A stretch of 40,436 bases of DNA, from positions 1-40,436 of IMG/VR virus record IMGVR_UViG_3300045988_092566; one strand, written 5' to 3'. Under the pieces are notes generated by a model, which saw only the letters and a program-made list of their open reading frames with translations, had not been told where the DNA came from and made no database searches. The position numbers and the translations under genes were made by a program. Every line of letters starts with the position of its first letter. Position 1 is the stretch's first letter. Source of the stretch: a virus. Below are positions 24,795 through 33,343 of the stretch, piece after piece.

Positions 24795-25652
24795 TCAAAT
24801 CGAGTCGCGTCGCACGACCTGTCCATGCACGTCGGAAAGCCTGTACAACGGCTGCCCCTTCACGTTTTCACCAACCGGTTGGAGCCTGCCGCGCTTGCGC
24901 CATGAGCGAATCGTGTTCGCGTTGCACTGGAATCCGCATTCGCGCAGCAGTTCCGCGCACTCACCAGCCGTGAACGCGCGTCCCGACCGGAGGCATTCCC
25001 TCAGGAACCCCAACCGCACATCCTCCACAAGGTAAGTGTTGCCGCACACGGGGCATGCAACGCTTGCCGTGCCGACCGCCGCGGTCAATTCGACTCCGCA
25101 CAGCGGGTTCGGGCATCTTCCGATGCCATGTTTCGCAGGCGGCACGTCGATGATGTCCAGCGTCTTTCGAACCATCGACTCCCACTCATGGTAGAAGTCG
25201 GCGATGTCAGGCATGCGGCGCAGTCGAGGACTGCCGGCGCAGACACGCAGCATGTCCACCAGCGGCGGATGCACGCCATAGGTAGCCCAAGGCATGGCGG
25301 GCGGAGCGTACAACCGGCGCCAGAGTGCGATTGCGGCATCCTCGATGGCCTGCATGTGGTCGAGCACCGGCAATCGGATTGGCGTCGGCGCGGATGGAAG
25401 GTTGACGCGTCCAGGCTGGTGGCCTCCGTAGTGCGCGGTCGAGTCCAGGAACTCATGTAGCGAATCCAACCATGATGGATATTCCCGCAGCCAGCCGCGC
25501 ATCAGCCCATCGCATCTCGTGCACATGGTGTCGCCGACAGCGCATTCTCCGCCGCAGACGAGGCACACGCCGGCGAGCGCTGGTGTTGTTTGGCTGGTGT
25601 TTGTTGTGGTGTTGGTGGTGGTTGGTTGGGATTCGTTGGTTGGTTCGTACAT
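24795..25652 (-). CDS. Zn-ribbon plus C-terminal MerR/Xis-type HTH DNA-binding protein (285 aa), possible late-gene regulator
   Basis: Motifs CLVCGGEC...CTRC and CPNPLCG...CPVCG are present. The C-terminus reads ECAELLRECGFQCNANTIRSWRKRGRL. It is the last gene before the terminator and the late operon. Confidence 0.6.
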   Translation of the reverse strand: MYEPTNESQPTTTNTTTNTSQTTPALAGVCLVCGGECAVGDTMCTRCDGLMRGWLREYPSWLDSLHEFLDSTAHYGGHQPGRVNLPSAPTPIRLPVLDHMQAIEDAAIALWRRLYAPPAMPWATYGVHPPLVDMLRVCAGSPRLRRMPDIADFYHEWESMVRKTLDIIDVPPAKHGIGRCPNPLCGVELTAAVGTASVACPVCGNTYLVEDVRLGFLRECLRSGRAFTAGECAELLRECGFQCNANTIRSWRKRGRLQPVGENVKGQPLYRLSDVHGQVVRRDSI

Positions 25653-25727
25653 TTGTTCGATTCCCTCCGGCGTGGTAGTCTGGTTTGTGGTAATGCCAGA
25701 GCCCGGCCGGAAGGTCGGGTTCTTTGT

Positions 25728-26186
25728 TTATTCGGTGGCGGAGTCCTGTTTTTCAAGGTTGACGTGTTCGATCTTGGCTCTGCAGCGGAGCAGATTGGCA
25801 TATGCGTCCATGACGTCGAGCTGCCTGCTCAACAGGCTGATCGGACAGACGGGCTCGAAGTCAAGCGTGCCATCCGCATACCGCTGCAGCATGCCCCTGA
25901 GCCCGCCGGCACGAGCGGTCAACTCACGGTATTCGACGCGCATCCGCTCCTCATAATCGCCACCGTCGGCGCTCGCGGGTTGCGCTTGGTCGGCGGTGGC
26001 GAGCACTTCGATGGCTTGGCGCAGGTATCCGTCGTGGATCCAGTCGGCCGCATGCTCCCATTCGTCGTGGATGTGTTTCGGATCGTCCTTGCGGAGTGCA
26101 AATTTGAGTCCGAACAGGCGTTCGGCGACGGCTTCGGTGCGCGCGTCGATCGGTGGCAGTGGCGGGTCGAGTGTTTCCTTGCTCAT
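25728..26186 (-). CDS. Hypothetical protein (152 aa)
   Basis: The ORF has the RBS GAAAGGAAAC and high GC3. Confidence 0.6.
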   Translation of the reverse strand: MSKETLDPPLPPIDARTEAVAERLFGLKFALRKDDPKHIHDEWEHAADWIHDGYLRQAIEVLATADQAQPASADGGDYEERMRVEYRELTARAGGLRGMLQRYADGTLDFEPVCPISLLSRQLDVMDAYANLLRCRAKIEHVNLEKQDSATE

Positions 26187-26202
26187 CTTTTCGTGTTTCC
26201 TT

Positions 26203-26490
26203 TCAGTTGGTGGTTCTTTTCGTCAAGGCGTATCTCATTTCCCGGCACATGTCGGCGAGCGCGTTTTTGACTGTTATGTGGGTGATGTCCTGTCTTATAA
26301 GCGCGTTGTTGTTGAGGTAGCGTAGGGCGGCGTCTATTTCGATTTCGGTCGGTGGTTTGAGTCGTCCTGCGATGAAGCCCTGCACGTAGGCGTCGGAGGC
26401 GATCTGCGTGATGGTCTTGTCTGTGGAGACCGGGATGGATTCGCCTTGAATGTATTTGGTTTCGAAGTCAAGCTGGCTTTCACCGATCAT
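26203..26490 (-). CDS. Hypothetical protein (95 aa)
   Basis: The ATG is at 26490, with a purine-rich tract upstream. Confidence 0.5.
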   Translation of the reverse strand: MIGESQLDFETKYIQGESIPVSTDKTITQIASDAYVQGFIAGRLKPPTEIEIDAALRYLNNNALIRQDITHITVKNALADMCREMRYALTKRTTN

Positions 26491-26953
26491 AACGTCCTCT
26501 TGTTTCTTCTTCAGCTTCTGATCGAGATAGAAGCCACTGCTCGAAAAGACGGTAGCTGTCCAGTGGGATGGTTTTGACCGGCTGGAATTTGAGACGCCAC
26601 ATGCAGTCGGCGCACACCTCGGTGACTGTCTTCGCCTGGCCGCCGTAGATGAGGCCCACGGAATGGACGGGACTTGAACACCACCGGCCGCACAAGTCGC
26701 AGGTGTGCATATCCTGCGTGACCAGCTCGTCACGCTGCGGCAGGAACGGATTCCCTGCATCCCTTTCCTCCACGGCATCGGCGAGCGCCTTCGTGATCTC
26801 ATCCTTGGCGGTGAGGTAGGCATGATACCTGGTCGACGAAATCTCATAGAGCGGCCGGTTGCCGTCGCGGGATGCGGCGCGCACTGCCGCGAGTTCCTGG
26901 TCGGCGAGTTTGCCGAGCATGCTGATGGCGATGTCTGCGCCCGTGTTGTTCAT
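26480..26953 (-). CDS. Hypothetical Cys-cluster protein (157 aa; CDLCGRW...CADC)
   Basis: An ATGA overlap links it to the upstream ORF. It contains a putative Zn-binding motif. Confidence 0.55.
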   Translation of the reverse strand: MNNTGADIAISMLGKLADQELAAVRAASRDGNRPLYEISSTRYHAYLTAKDEITKALADAVEERDAGNPFLPQRDELVTQDMHTCDLCGRWCSSPVHSVGLIYGGQAKTVTEVCADCMWRLKFQPVKTIPLDSYRLFEQWLLSRSEAEEETRGRYDR

Positions 26954-27084
26954 TGCTGTCTCTTTTCCTTGTCGTGTTCCGCCACCCATCTGAGCAGGGT
27001 GTTGATGGTGATTTCGGTCGCTTGGCGTTCCTCGTCGTCTTCCGGCGCGATGTATATGGCGCCGTCCTGGATTCTGATTTTCAC
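26950..27084 (-). CDS. Small acidic protein (44 aa)
   Basis: A GTGA overlap links it to the lipoprotein stop, and it shares an ATGA overlap with the next gene. Confidence 0.35.
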   Translation of the reverse strand: MKIRIQDGAIYIAPEDDEERQATEITINTLLRWVAEHDKEKRQQ

Positions 27085-27356
27085 CGTGGTTCCTTGTCCG
27101 CTCCGCTCACATGACTCCAGTCGCATGACAGGCCGCCCTTCTTGTAGCCCGAGTAGACGACGCAGTCCACTTTCCTTGTGTCGGTCAGGGTGATGACGCA
27201 TTCCGTGAATACGTCGGCCCCGGCGGAGCACTGCGAGTCGACGGACCTGACCGCATGCGCTGGCATGGAAGGCTCCGACGCGCTCCCGCATCCTGCGAGC
27301 GCGGTGCAGAGGGTGAGGGTGATGGCGGTAAGTGTGGCACAGATGGTGTTTCTCAT
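27081..27356 (-). CDS. Small lipoprotein (91 aa)
   Basis: It has a signal peptide with the lipobox LAGC (MRNTICATLTAITLTLCTALAGCGS). An ATGA overlap links it to the upstream gene. Confidence 0.6.
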   Translation of the reverse strand: MRNTICATLTAITLTLCTALAGCGSASEPSMPAHAVRSVDSQCSAGADVFTECVITLTDTRKVDCVVYSGYKKGGLSCDWSHVSGADKEPR

Positions 27357-27625
27357 TGTTCGTTCCTTTGATGGTGGCTGGCGTGGTGGTTCCAGAGGCG
27401 GATGGCTTTTTTGAGGTTTTTGCCGTCGACGTGGAGGATGCATCTGTGCCGGCAGTTGGGACAGATGCAGCCGTAGATGGTGTTGACCGGTTTGCGGGTT
27501 CGGAGTTTGTAGATGGTGCCGAGGGTCAGGATGAGCGGCCGGGACTTGCGGCATGCCGGGCAGGGTGCAGGTCTGCGCCATTTGCGTGGGTTGGTGGCGA
27601 TTCTGACGGTGTCTGTGTGGTGCAT
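27353..27625 (-). CDS. Basic Zn-ribbon protein (90 aa; CPAC...CPNC)
   Basis: Two CxxC pairs are present. The frame has C-rich third positions. Confidence 0.5.
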   Translation of the reverse strand: MHHTDTVRIATNPRKWRRPAPCPACRKSRPLILTLGTIYKLRTRKPVNTIYGCICPNCRHRCILHVDGKNLKKAIRLWNHHASHHQRNEQ

Positions 27626-27626
27626 T

Positions 27627-27878
27627 TCATTCCTTTCCGTAGATGGCGAGGCTTCGGATGCCGTCGCCCATGCTGTTGGAACATGTGTTCGGATCGTGGT
27701 CGATGATGTCGTTCCCGATGCCCTGGAAGCGGAGGCTGGCGGTGCCGTCCGGATGTCGGATGAGTTCGAGTCGCCCGTCGATGATGACGTCCTGGTCGGT
27801 TTGGGCGATGCAGCGGCGGCCGATCAGGATTGTCGGGTCGGCCGACCGCCATTTATGCAGCGGGACGTTGACGCTCAC
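27627..27878 (-). CDS. Hypothetical protein (83 aa)
   Basis: The GTG start at 27878 shares a GTGA overlap with the upstream stop. Confidence 0.45.
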   Translation of the reverse strand: MSVNVPLHKWRSADPTILIGRRCIAQTDQDVIIDGRLELIRHPDGTASLRFQGIGNDIIDHDPNTCSNSMGDGIRSLAIYGKE

Positions 27879-28156
27879 CGCGGCTTCTCGCCTTCGTTTT
27901 CGCCTTGGGCGTCCTTTTCGGCCGCCTCGTAGCCTTCGTCGTACACGTCGTCGAGCAGCGTCTGGAACTCGGGAGAGGCGAAGAACGTTCTGATGGCGTC
28001 CTTGGCCACGCGCCTCCATGGCTCTTTGTCCTCCATGGGCATCTCGTTCCATGGGCGTGGATGGCGGGCCCCGTTGCTGTACCAGCGCAGGTAGATGGCC
28101 TCGGCCACCTTGTTCTGCGTCTCCAGACCGATCGGAATGGTTTCCTGGTCTGCCAT
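27875..28156 (-). CDS. Hypothetical acidic protein (93 aa)
   Basis: The RBS GAAAGGAGCC precedes the ATG at 28156. Confidence 0.6.
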   Translation of the reverse strand: MADQETIPIGLETQNKVAEAIYLRWYSNGARHPRPWNEMPMEDKEPWRRVAKDAIRTFFASPEFQTLLDDVYDEGYEAAEKDAQGENEGEKPR

Positions 28157-28167
28157 GATGGCTCCTT

Positions 28168-28449
28168 TCAGTATGTTTCCGGCGGTTCCACGGCGGTGCG
28201 GTCCGCGATGATGTAGGCGGCGAGCGCGATGCATAGGGTGAGGATGATGAGCAGGATATGCAGGGCGAGCCATTGGATGGGGATCCAGTGGTGGAGGCCG
28301 TAGCCGATGATCGGCCGGATGATGGCGTGCGGCACGAGCAGCATCGCGGTGATGGAGAACAGCGTGGCGAACCAGTCGCCGACGCGGTTGGAGATGCGGT
28401 TGATGGTCTGTTTCATTCCGAGGTTCCTTTCGTTGTTGGTACGGTTCAT
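28168..28449 (-). CDS. Membrane protein (93 aa, 2-3 TM)
   Basis: An ATGA overlap links it to the upstream micro-ORF. Hydrophobic helices are present. An alternative start lies at 28416. Confidence 0.55.
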   Translation of the reverse strand: MNRTNNERNLGMKQTINRISNRVGDWFATLFSITAMLLVPHAIIRPIIGYGLHHWIPIQWLALHILLIILTLCIALAAYIIADRTAVEPPETY

Positions 28450-28514
28450 GGCCTGTTGGCCATCCAGCCGATCAGGATGGCGGCGCATAGGAGGATCACT
28501 GCCGCGATGTCCAT
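28446..28514 (-). CDS. 22-aa TM micro-protein (MDIAAVILLCAAILIGWMANRP)
   Basis: ATGA overlaps occur at both ends. Confidence 0.3.
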   Translation of the reverse strand: MDIAAVILLCAAILIGWMANRP

Positions 28515-29101
28515 CACCTTGCTGCTTCCGTGGCGACGTATCGGACCGGATGTTCGGAGAGGTGGCGGATGATGCGCGCGTATTGACGGATGTCGCGGTC
28601 GAGGCATGTGCCGGTGCGGTGGGCGCAGGCTGCAGGCGTCTCCCCTTCCGGCTTCACGTCCCATCCGGCGGCTTCGAGACTGTCGCGGATGGTGGCCATG
28701 TCGATGCGGTGGTAGTGCAGCGGGAGGTTCGGGCAGAGGCGGCCGATGAAGTCGAGGTCGAACTGCGGGTTGCTGCCTGCCGGATGGAGGGTGAACGATT
28801 GCGCGAGGCTGTCGACATATTCCTCGAGTCCGTTTGCCGTCGCCGCTTCCGTGTATCCGGCATCGAATGCGTCCTCGAGCAGTCCGTTGGCGCAGTGCAT
28901 GCGCCACGCCTTGATGTTCCCGTCCGTAACGGACGCCTTGCGGCCTTCCAGCCCGATGACGCGGCGGAAACCGCCGACGCACCGCACGCCTCTCACGTCG
29001 GTGCAACGCAGTTCCACCTCGAGGATCCTGTCACGGTCCGGGTCAAGCCCCGTGGTCTCCACGTCCATCCACAGCAGCATGTCGGTCTTGTCAATGGTCA
29101 T
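28514..29101 (-). CDS. Oligoribonuclease-like DEDDh 3'-5' exonuclease (195 aa)
   Basis: LLWMDVETTGLDPDRDRILEV matches the Orn ExoI motif. PAGSNPQFDLDFI matches ExoII. AHRTGTCLDRD matches ExoIII. Confidence 0.8.
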   Translation of the reverse strand: MTIDKTDMLLWMDVETTGLDPDRDRILEVELRCTDVRGVRCVGGFRRVIGLEGRKASVTDGNIKAWRMHCANGLLEDAFDAGYTEAATANGLEEYVDSLAQSFTLHPAGSNPQFDLDFIGRLCPNLPLHYHRIDMATIRDSLEAAGWDVKPEGETPAACAHRTGTCLDRDIRQYARIIRHLSEHPVRYVATEAAR

Positions 29102-29496
29102 TCCGTTTCCCTCCCATCGATGTCGAGTGTGGCGACCTCCATGGCTGTCAGACGGGTCGCGGTGCCATCCTGGTTGAGGCGGAGCCATATCCCCTGCCAG
29201 TCGCGCACCGGGGTGGTGCGCGGATCCCTGCCGAGCGGGACTATCAGCCCGAGGCGTTCGGCCTCCTTCACATGCTGGTGGACCCAGCCATGGCAGCCGG
29301 TCGTGCCCGAACCGCACAGCTCGACGATGTTGGCCGGACTATGCCTCACATCCGGATCCGCCGCACGCCGCAGTTGACGGTGATGGCCGGAGCGCCCAGG
29401 CCAGCATGACGGGTCATGGATGTTCGTCCCGCAACGCAGGCAATGCCAACCCTGCCGCTCCAAGGCGGCACGCTTCGAATCATCGAACTCACTCAC
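29098..29496 (-). CDS. HNH endonuclease (132 aa)
   Basis: Motifs CLRCG...GHHRQLR...NIVELC...CHGWVH are present. Confidence 0.8.
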   Translation of the reverse strand: MSEFDDSKRAALERQGWHCLRCGTNIHDPSCWPGRSGHHRQLRRAADPDVRHSPANIVELCGSGTTGCHGWVHQHVKEAERLGLIVPLGRDPRTTPVRDWQGIWLRLNQDGTATRLTAMEVATLDIDGRETE

Positions 29497-29689
29497 AACG
29501 CACCCCCTCCTGCATCAGACCGTCGACCAGCACCAAACACGCAGTGCAGTCGGCCCTCAGCCCGGCCGCCATCGCCACGATGCCGTCATCCGCCTTGCCA
29601 CCGGCGAGCGCTCGCAGTTCGATTGTGCTGGCGGTCTGGGCGGTGTCGGTGAGGAGTCGGGCGAGTCTTTCGAGTTGTTTCATGGTCAT
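29489..29689 (-). CDS. Hypothetical protein (66 aa)
   Basis: An ATGA overlap links it to the ParB-like gene stop. Confidence 0.45.
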   Translation of the reverse strand: MTMKQLERLARLLTDTAQTASTIELRALAGGKADDGIVAMAAGLRADCTACLVLVDGLMQEGVRCE

Positions 29690-31065
29690 TGGTTGTTCTC
29701 CTCGTTTTCGTCGGAGTCGGCTTCGCTGATGGCGGCGGTGAGCTGGTCGAGGTGGCTGGTTTCGTCGTCGGTGGGCGTGTAGCCGAGGTCTTGGAGGATC
29801 TGGTAGTAGCCGGGGATGCGTCTGCTGGTGTCGTTGACGGTGGTCCAGTCGGTCGGGTCGATGAACCATTCGATGCGTGCGGCGAGGATTTGCACCGCCC
29901 AGACCGCCCAGTCGGGTTCGTCGAGGTGGTAGCGGAGTTCGGCGAGTGCCCGTTCCGGTTCGATGCCGCTGATGGTGGCGAATTGTTCGCCACCGCATGC
30001 GGCGTCGTTCCATGTGCTCAGCGCCAGCGTGTAGCCCTGCGGGTCCGGGTCGATGATCTGCAGGAGTCCGAGCTGGGCCGTGGTTTCGATGAGCTTGTCG
30101 CGTTTGATGCCGTGGAGGTTGGCGTGGAGCCATGCCATGCGCTTGTCTGCGGATGCGGCGGCGTATTCCTCGAGCGCGTGCCGGCGGGCGTCGCGTTCGG
30201 CTTGTTCGGCGGCGCGTCGGGCTTCCTTTTCGGCGTCGGCGGTCTTGTCGCGGCGGGTCCAGAGGTAGACCTGCTGCGTGTGGATGGATACGGCTGCGGG
30301 GTTCTGTTCGCGGATCCTTTCGATGGCTTCTTCGGGGGTGCCGGTGGATGGGAACATGCAGCCGGAGTATCGCCATTCCGGGTTGCTGTAGGGTGGGTCG
30401 GGGATGAGGTTGATGCCGTCGGCGTTCTTGAGGAGCGCGGCGACCGATTCGATCCATTGCCGGTCGCGGTCATCGCGTTCGATGTTGCGGAGGATGTAGT
30501 CGAAGTTCGAGGTGCCGGCCGCCTGCGCGAGCTTCTTCTGCCTGTCCGGCTGGCCGTCATATCGCGCTATGGCCACGAGCTGGCCGATGGTGAGCTGGCC
30601 GAAATCGTCGCGGGTCGCTCTGACCTCGGTCTTGATCCCGGCGACCTTGGCACGGTCACGCACGTAGTCGCCGCTTCGGCCGAGCCTGTGCGCGACGCCG
30701 GCGGTGGTAGCCCCCAGATCAAGCATGCCCTGGATGGCGTCAGCCTCCTCCAACACGGTGAGCTGTTCGCGCTGGCAGTTCTCGGTGATCATCGCCTCGA
30801 GCTGCTGCAACGGGTCGAGGTCAAGCACGAAGCATGGGACGGCTCCAGTTCCGGCCTGTTTGCATGCGGCGAGACGGCGGTGTCCGGCGATGACGCGGTA
30901 GCGGATGCCGTTGGGCACGACACTGAGGGGTGTGAGGAGGCCGTTGGCTTTGATGCTGGCGGCGAGGTCGGTCACGTCGCCGATGTTTTTGCGTGGATTG
31001 TCCGGGTGCGGGTCGATCAGGCTCGTGTTGATGAGCTTGATTTCGTTGCTTTGGTAGTTGCTCAC
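29686..31065 (-). CDS. ParB N-terminal (ParB/Srx nuclease-like) domain protein (459 aa)
   Basis: The motif GLLTPLSVVPNGIRYRVIAGHRRLAA is present. The GTG start at 31065 lies 5 nt after AAGGAG. Confidence 0.8.
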   Translation of the reverse strand: MSNYQSNEIKLINTSLIDPHPDNPRKNIGDVTDLAASIKANGLLTPLSVVPNGIRYRVIAGHRRLAACKQAGTGAVPCFVLDLDPLQQLEAMITENCQREQLTVLEEADAIQGMLDLGATTAGVAHRLGRSGDYVRDRAKVAGIKTEVRATRDDFGQLTIGQLVAIARYDGQPDRQKKLAQAAGTSNFDYILRNIERDDRDRQWIESVAALLKNADGINLIPDPPYSNPEWRYSGCMFPSTGTPEEAIERIREQNPAAVSIHTQQVYLWTRRDKTADAEKEARRAAEQAERDARRHALEEYAAASADKRMAWLHANLHGIKRDKLIETTAQLGLLQIIDPDPQGYTLALSTWNDAACGGEQFATISGIEPERALAELRYHLDEPDWAVWAVQILAARIEWFIDPTDWTTVNDTSRRIPGYYQILQDLGYTPTDDETSHLDQLTAAISEADSDENEENNQ

Positions 31066-32054
31066 TGCTTCTCCTTGCTGGTTTCTTGGTTGTTGAGTTC
31101 GTCTGCGCACGCCTGGCATGCCTTCCACCATTCGCTTGGATTGCCGTTGCGGAGGCTTCCGGTGTGGTCGTATTCGTCCTCATGCGGATCCATGAGCCGG
31201 TGGACGTGTTCGCAGTTCCAGGTGTGCTTGTGACGTGGTGTTGGCGTGACTGGTTCGGGCGCCCATGTCTCCCATTGGTCGCGGAGCCATGTGTTGAGCC
31301 GTGGGATGTGGCCGCCGCGGATTTGACCGTCGTTGACGGCGCGCTTGTAGCGGCGGAGCGCGGTTTGGAGTCGGCCGAGTTCGACGGGGTTTCCGGCGAT
31401 GGCCGCGTACAGGGCTCTGGCTTCGACTTCGGTCTTGCGGCCTTTCGCGCCGACGGATCCGGGATAGGCTTCGGCGAAACGGTCGAAGCCGGCGTCCGGC
31501 GTATCGGTTTGCTTCGAGGTGCTGGCGGGAGGGGTCGGAGAGGGTATATCGGTATAGGTATCGGTTTTATGCCATGTTTTTGCTTGGCTGTCCTCTAGCA
31601 AGTTGCTGGACGTTTCGCTACCTGTCTCGCTACTGTTTTGCTCTCCGTTCGCTTGGCTGTTTGCTAGCAAGTTGCTAGACGGTTGCTTGGCCTTTTGGTT
31701 GGCGGCCTTACGCCGTCCGCCCTTGCTTCCGGCTTTGCGCCGGGCCTCGCGCTGTTCCTCGGTGAGCGTCTTGGGTTCCTTGCAGATGCCTTCGGTGTAG
31801 ACGGGCCTCCAGCCGCCGCCGCGCTCCTCCATGAGCCCCATGTCGATGAGCTGCTGGAGTTGTTTCATGGTGCCGCCGGCGTCCTTGAGGTCGAGCTTGT
31901 CGAAGTATCCTGGATACGCGGCCGGGTCCTTGGCCTGCATCGAGATGCCCTTGGAGTGGATGACGCAGAGTTTGACCCACAGTCCCACGGTGGCGAGAGG
32001 CAGGCGGCGGATGCGCCTGTCGTCGGCCATCTGGTCGTCGATGATGAACCACAT
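31062..32054 (-). CDS. Putative replication initiation or replisome-organiser protein (330 aa)
   Basis: It lies in the replication module. The RBS AAGGAG is present. It has a low-complexity linker containing internal DNA iterons. The function is assigned by context only. Confidence 0.45.
   Translation of the reverse strand: MWFIIDDQMADDRRIRRLPLATVGLWVKLCVIHSKGISMQAKDPAAYPGYFDKLDLKDAGGTMKQLQQLIDMGLMEERGGGWRPVYTEGICKEPKTLTEEQREARRKAGSKGGRRKAANQKAKQPSSNLLANSQANGEQNSSETGSETSSNLLEDSQAKTWHKTDTYTDIPSPTPPASTSKQTDTPDAGFDRFAEAYPGSVGAKGRKTEVEARALYAAIAGNPVELGRLQTALRRYKRAVNDGQIRGGHIPRLNTWLRDQWETWAPEPVTPTPRHKHTWNCEHVHRLMDPHEDEYDHTGSLRNGNPSEWWKACQACADELNNQETSKEKQ
31582..31681. repeat. Two about 30-bp imperfect direct repeats with the palindromic core CTAGCAAGTTGCTRGAC, a candidate origin
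   Basis: The copies are at 31582-31612 and 31651-31681. The core AGCAA-G-TTGCT is a palindrome. Confidence 0.45.
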
Positions 32055-32077
32055 ATCTCTCTTGCTCCTTCCGTGGT

Positions 32078-32455
32078 TCAGTCGATCTCGCCGGTGTCCG
32101 GATCGACGGTCGCCTCCACGTCGCCGTCGTCCATGTCGAGGCTGCGGCGCAGATCGTCGATGAGGATCATCTGCCGTGACGTGGCGGGCTTCGCACACAT
32201 GTTCTCCATGGCCAGTCCCGCGTCGAGAATGCGCTGCGCGAGGTCTGCGCAGTCGTACACGGCTTCGGTGATGGCGTGGATGCCGCCCCACTTGTCGATG
32301 TGCTCCTTCTTGGTGCGGGTGTCCATGACGGTGCGGCATGCCTTGAGCACGACGGCCGCCGCCTTGGTGACCTGCTGGGTCTTGCCGATGAGGTCGATGA
32401 GCGTGTCGGGCGTGGCTTCCTGCGGGATGAGCGCCTGTTGTTCGCTGGCTTTCAT
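32078..32455 (-). CDS. Hypothetical protein (125 aa)
   Basis: A clean ORF with high GC3, lying between SSB and the replication gene. Confidence 0.6.
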   Translation of the reverse strand: MKASEQQALIPQEATPDTLIDLIGKTQQVTKAAAVVLKACRTVMDTRTKKEHIDKWGGIHAITEAVYDCADLAQRILDAGLAMENMCAKPATSRQMILIDDLRRSLDMDDGDVEATVDPDTGEID

Positions 32456-32464
32456 TGCTACTCC

Positions 32465-33028
32465 TTAGAAATCCGGTTCCGGATCTGGTTTGCCGAAACC
32501 TCCGAATGATGACCGGTCGTCCGACGGAGCGCCCCACGGATCATCGGCAGGTGCGGCCGGTTGCGTGGACTGGGCCGGCTGTTGGCTCCAGCCGCCCGCT
32601 CCGGTGTTGACGGTCGGCGTTTGCGCGGCGGGATTGCCGTAGACGGGACCTTGCGGCCGTCGGTCGATGCGGCTGACCTGCGCGGTGGCGTAGCGCAGGC
32701 TCGGGCCGATCTCGTCGACCTGCAGTTCCATGACGGTTCTGTTGGTGCCGTCCTGTGCCTGGTAAGAATGCTGTTGGAGGCGTCCCTGCGCAATTACGCG
32801 CATGCCCTTCGCAAGGCTCTGCGCGCAATGCGAGGCCATGTCACGCCATGCCGAGCAGCGCATGAACAGCGCCGCCCCATCCTCGTACTGGCCGGTCTGC
32901 TTGTTGTATACGCGCGCGGTGTTTGCGATGGTGAAGCTGGCGACCTGCGCGCCCTGGCCGGTGGTTCTCAGTTCCGGATCCGCGGTGAGGTTGCCGACGA
33001 TGGTGATGACGGTCTCCCCTATGGCCAT
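32465..33028 (-). CDS. ssb: Single-stranded DNA-binding protein (187 aa)
   Basis: It has an OB-fold N-terminus (VITIVGNLTADPELR...), a Gly/Pro/Gln-rich linker and an acidic tip ending PDPEPDF. Confidence 0.9.
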   Translation of the reverse strand: MAIGETVITIVGNLTADPELRTTGQGAQVASFTIANTARVYNKQTGQYEDGAALFMRCSAWRDMASHCAQSLAKGMRVIAQGRLQQHSYQAQDGTNRTVMELQVDEIGPSLRYATAQVSRIDRRPQGPVYGNPAAQTPTVNTGAGGWSQQPAQSTQPAAPADDPWGAPSDDRSSFGGFGKPDPEPDF

Positions 33029-33029
33029 G

Positions 33030-33317
33030 TCAGGCTCCCTTCACATATCCAGCCGGTTCCGGGCCGAGCTGGCTTGGATCCTTGGCCTTCCACGCGCATT
33101 TCGCGCGCAGGCATCCGGCCTCGCGGTCGATGACGATCTCGCCGAAGCGCGCCGGCGCGACCATGGTGAGGTTCCAGCCACGGTCGCGGTTGAGCGCGCT
33201 GATGGTCTCGTACAGTTCGCCGATCAGCTCGGCGGACGTCATGCCGACGCTGGCGGGCGTGAGCGGCCATTCGAACCACTTCTCGCCCTCCGGCCTGCTT
33301 GGTGTTTTGCTTGGCAA
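33030..33317 (-). CDS. Hypothetical protein (96 aa, TTG start)
   Basis: The strong RBS AAAGGAGG lies 6 nt upstream of the TTG at 33317. Confidence 0.55.
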   Translation of the reverse strand: MPSKTPSRPEGEKWFEWPLTPASVGMTSAELIGELYETISALNRDRGWNLTMVAPARFGEIVIDREAGCLRAKCAWKAKDPSQLGPEPAGYVKGA

Positions 33318-33343
33318 CGTTTGCCTCCTTTGGATTGATGTCG

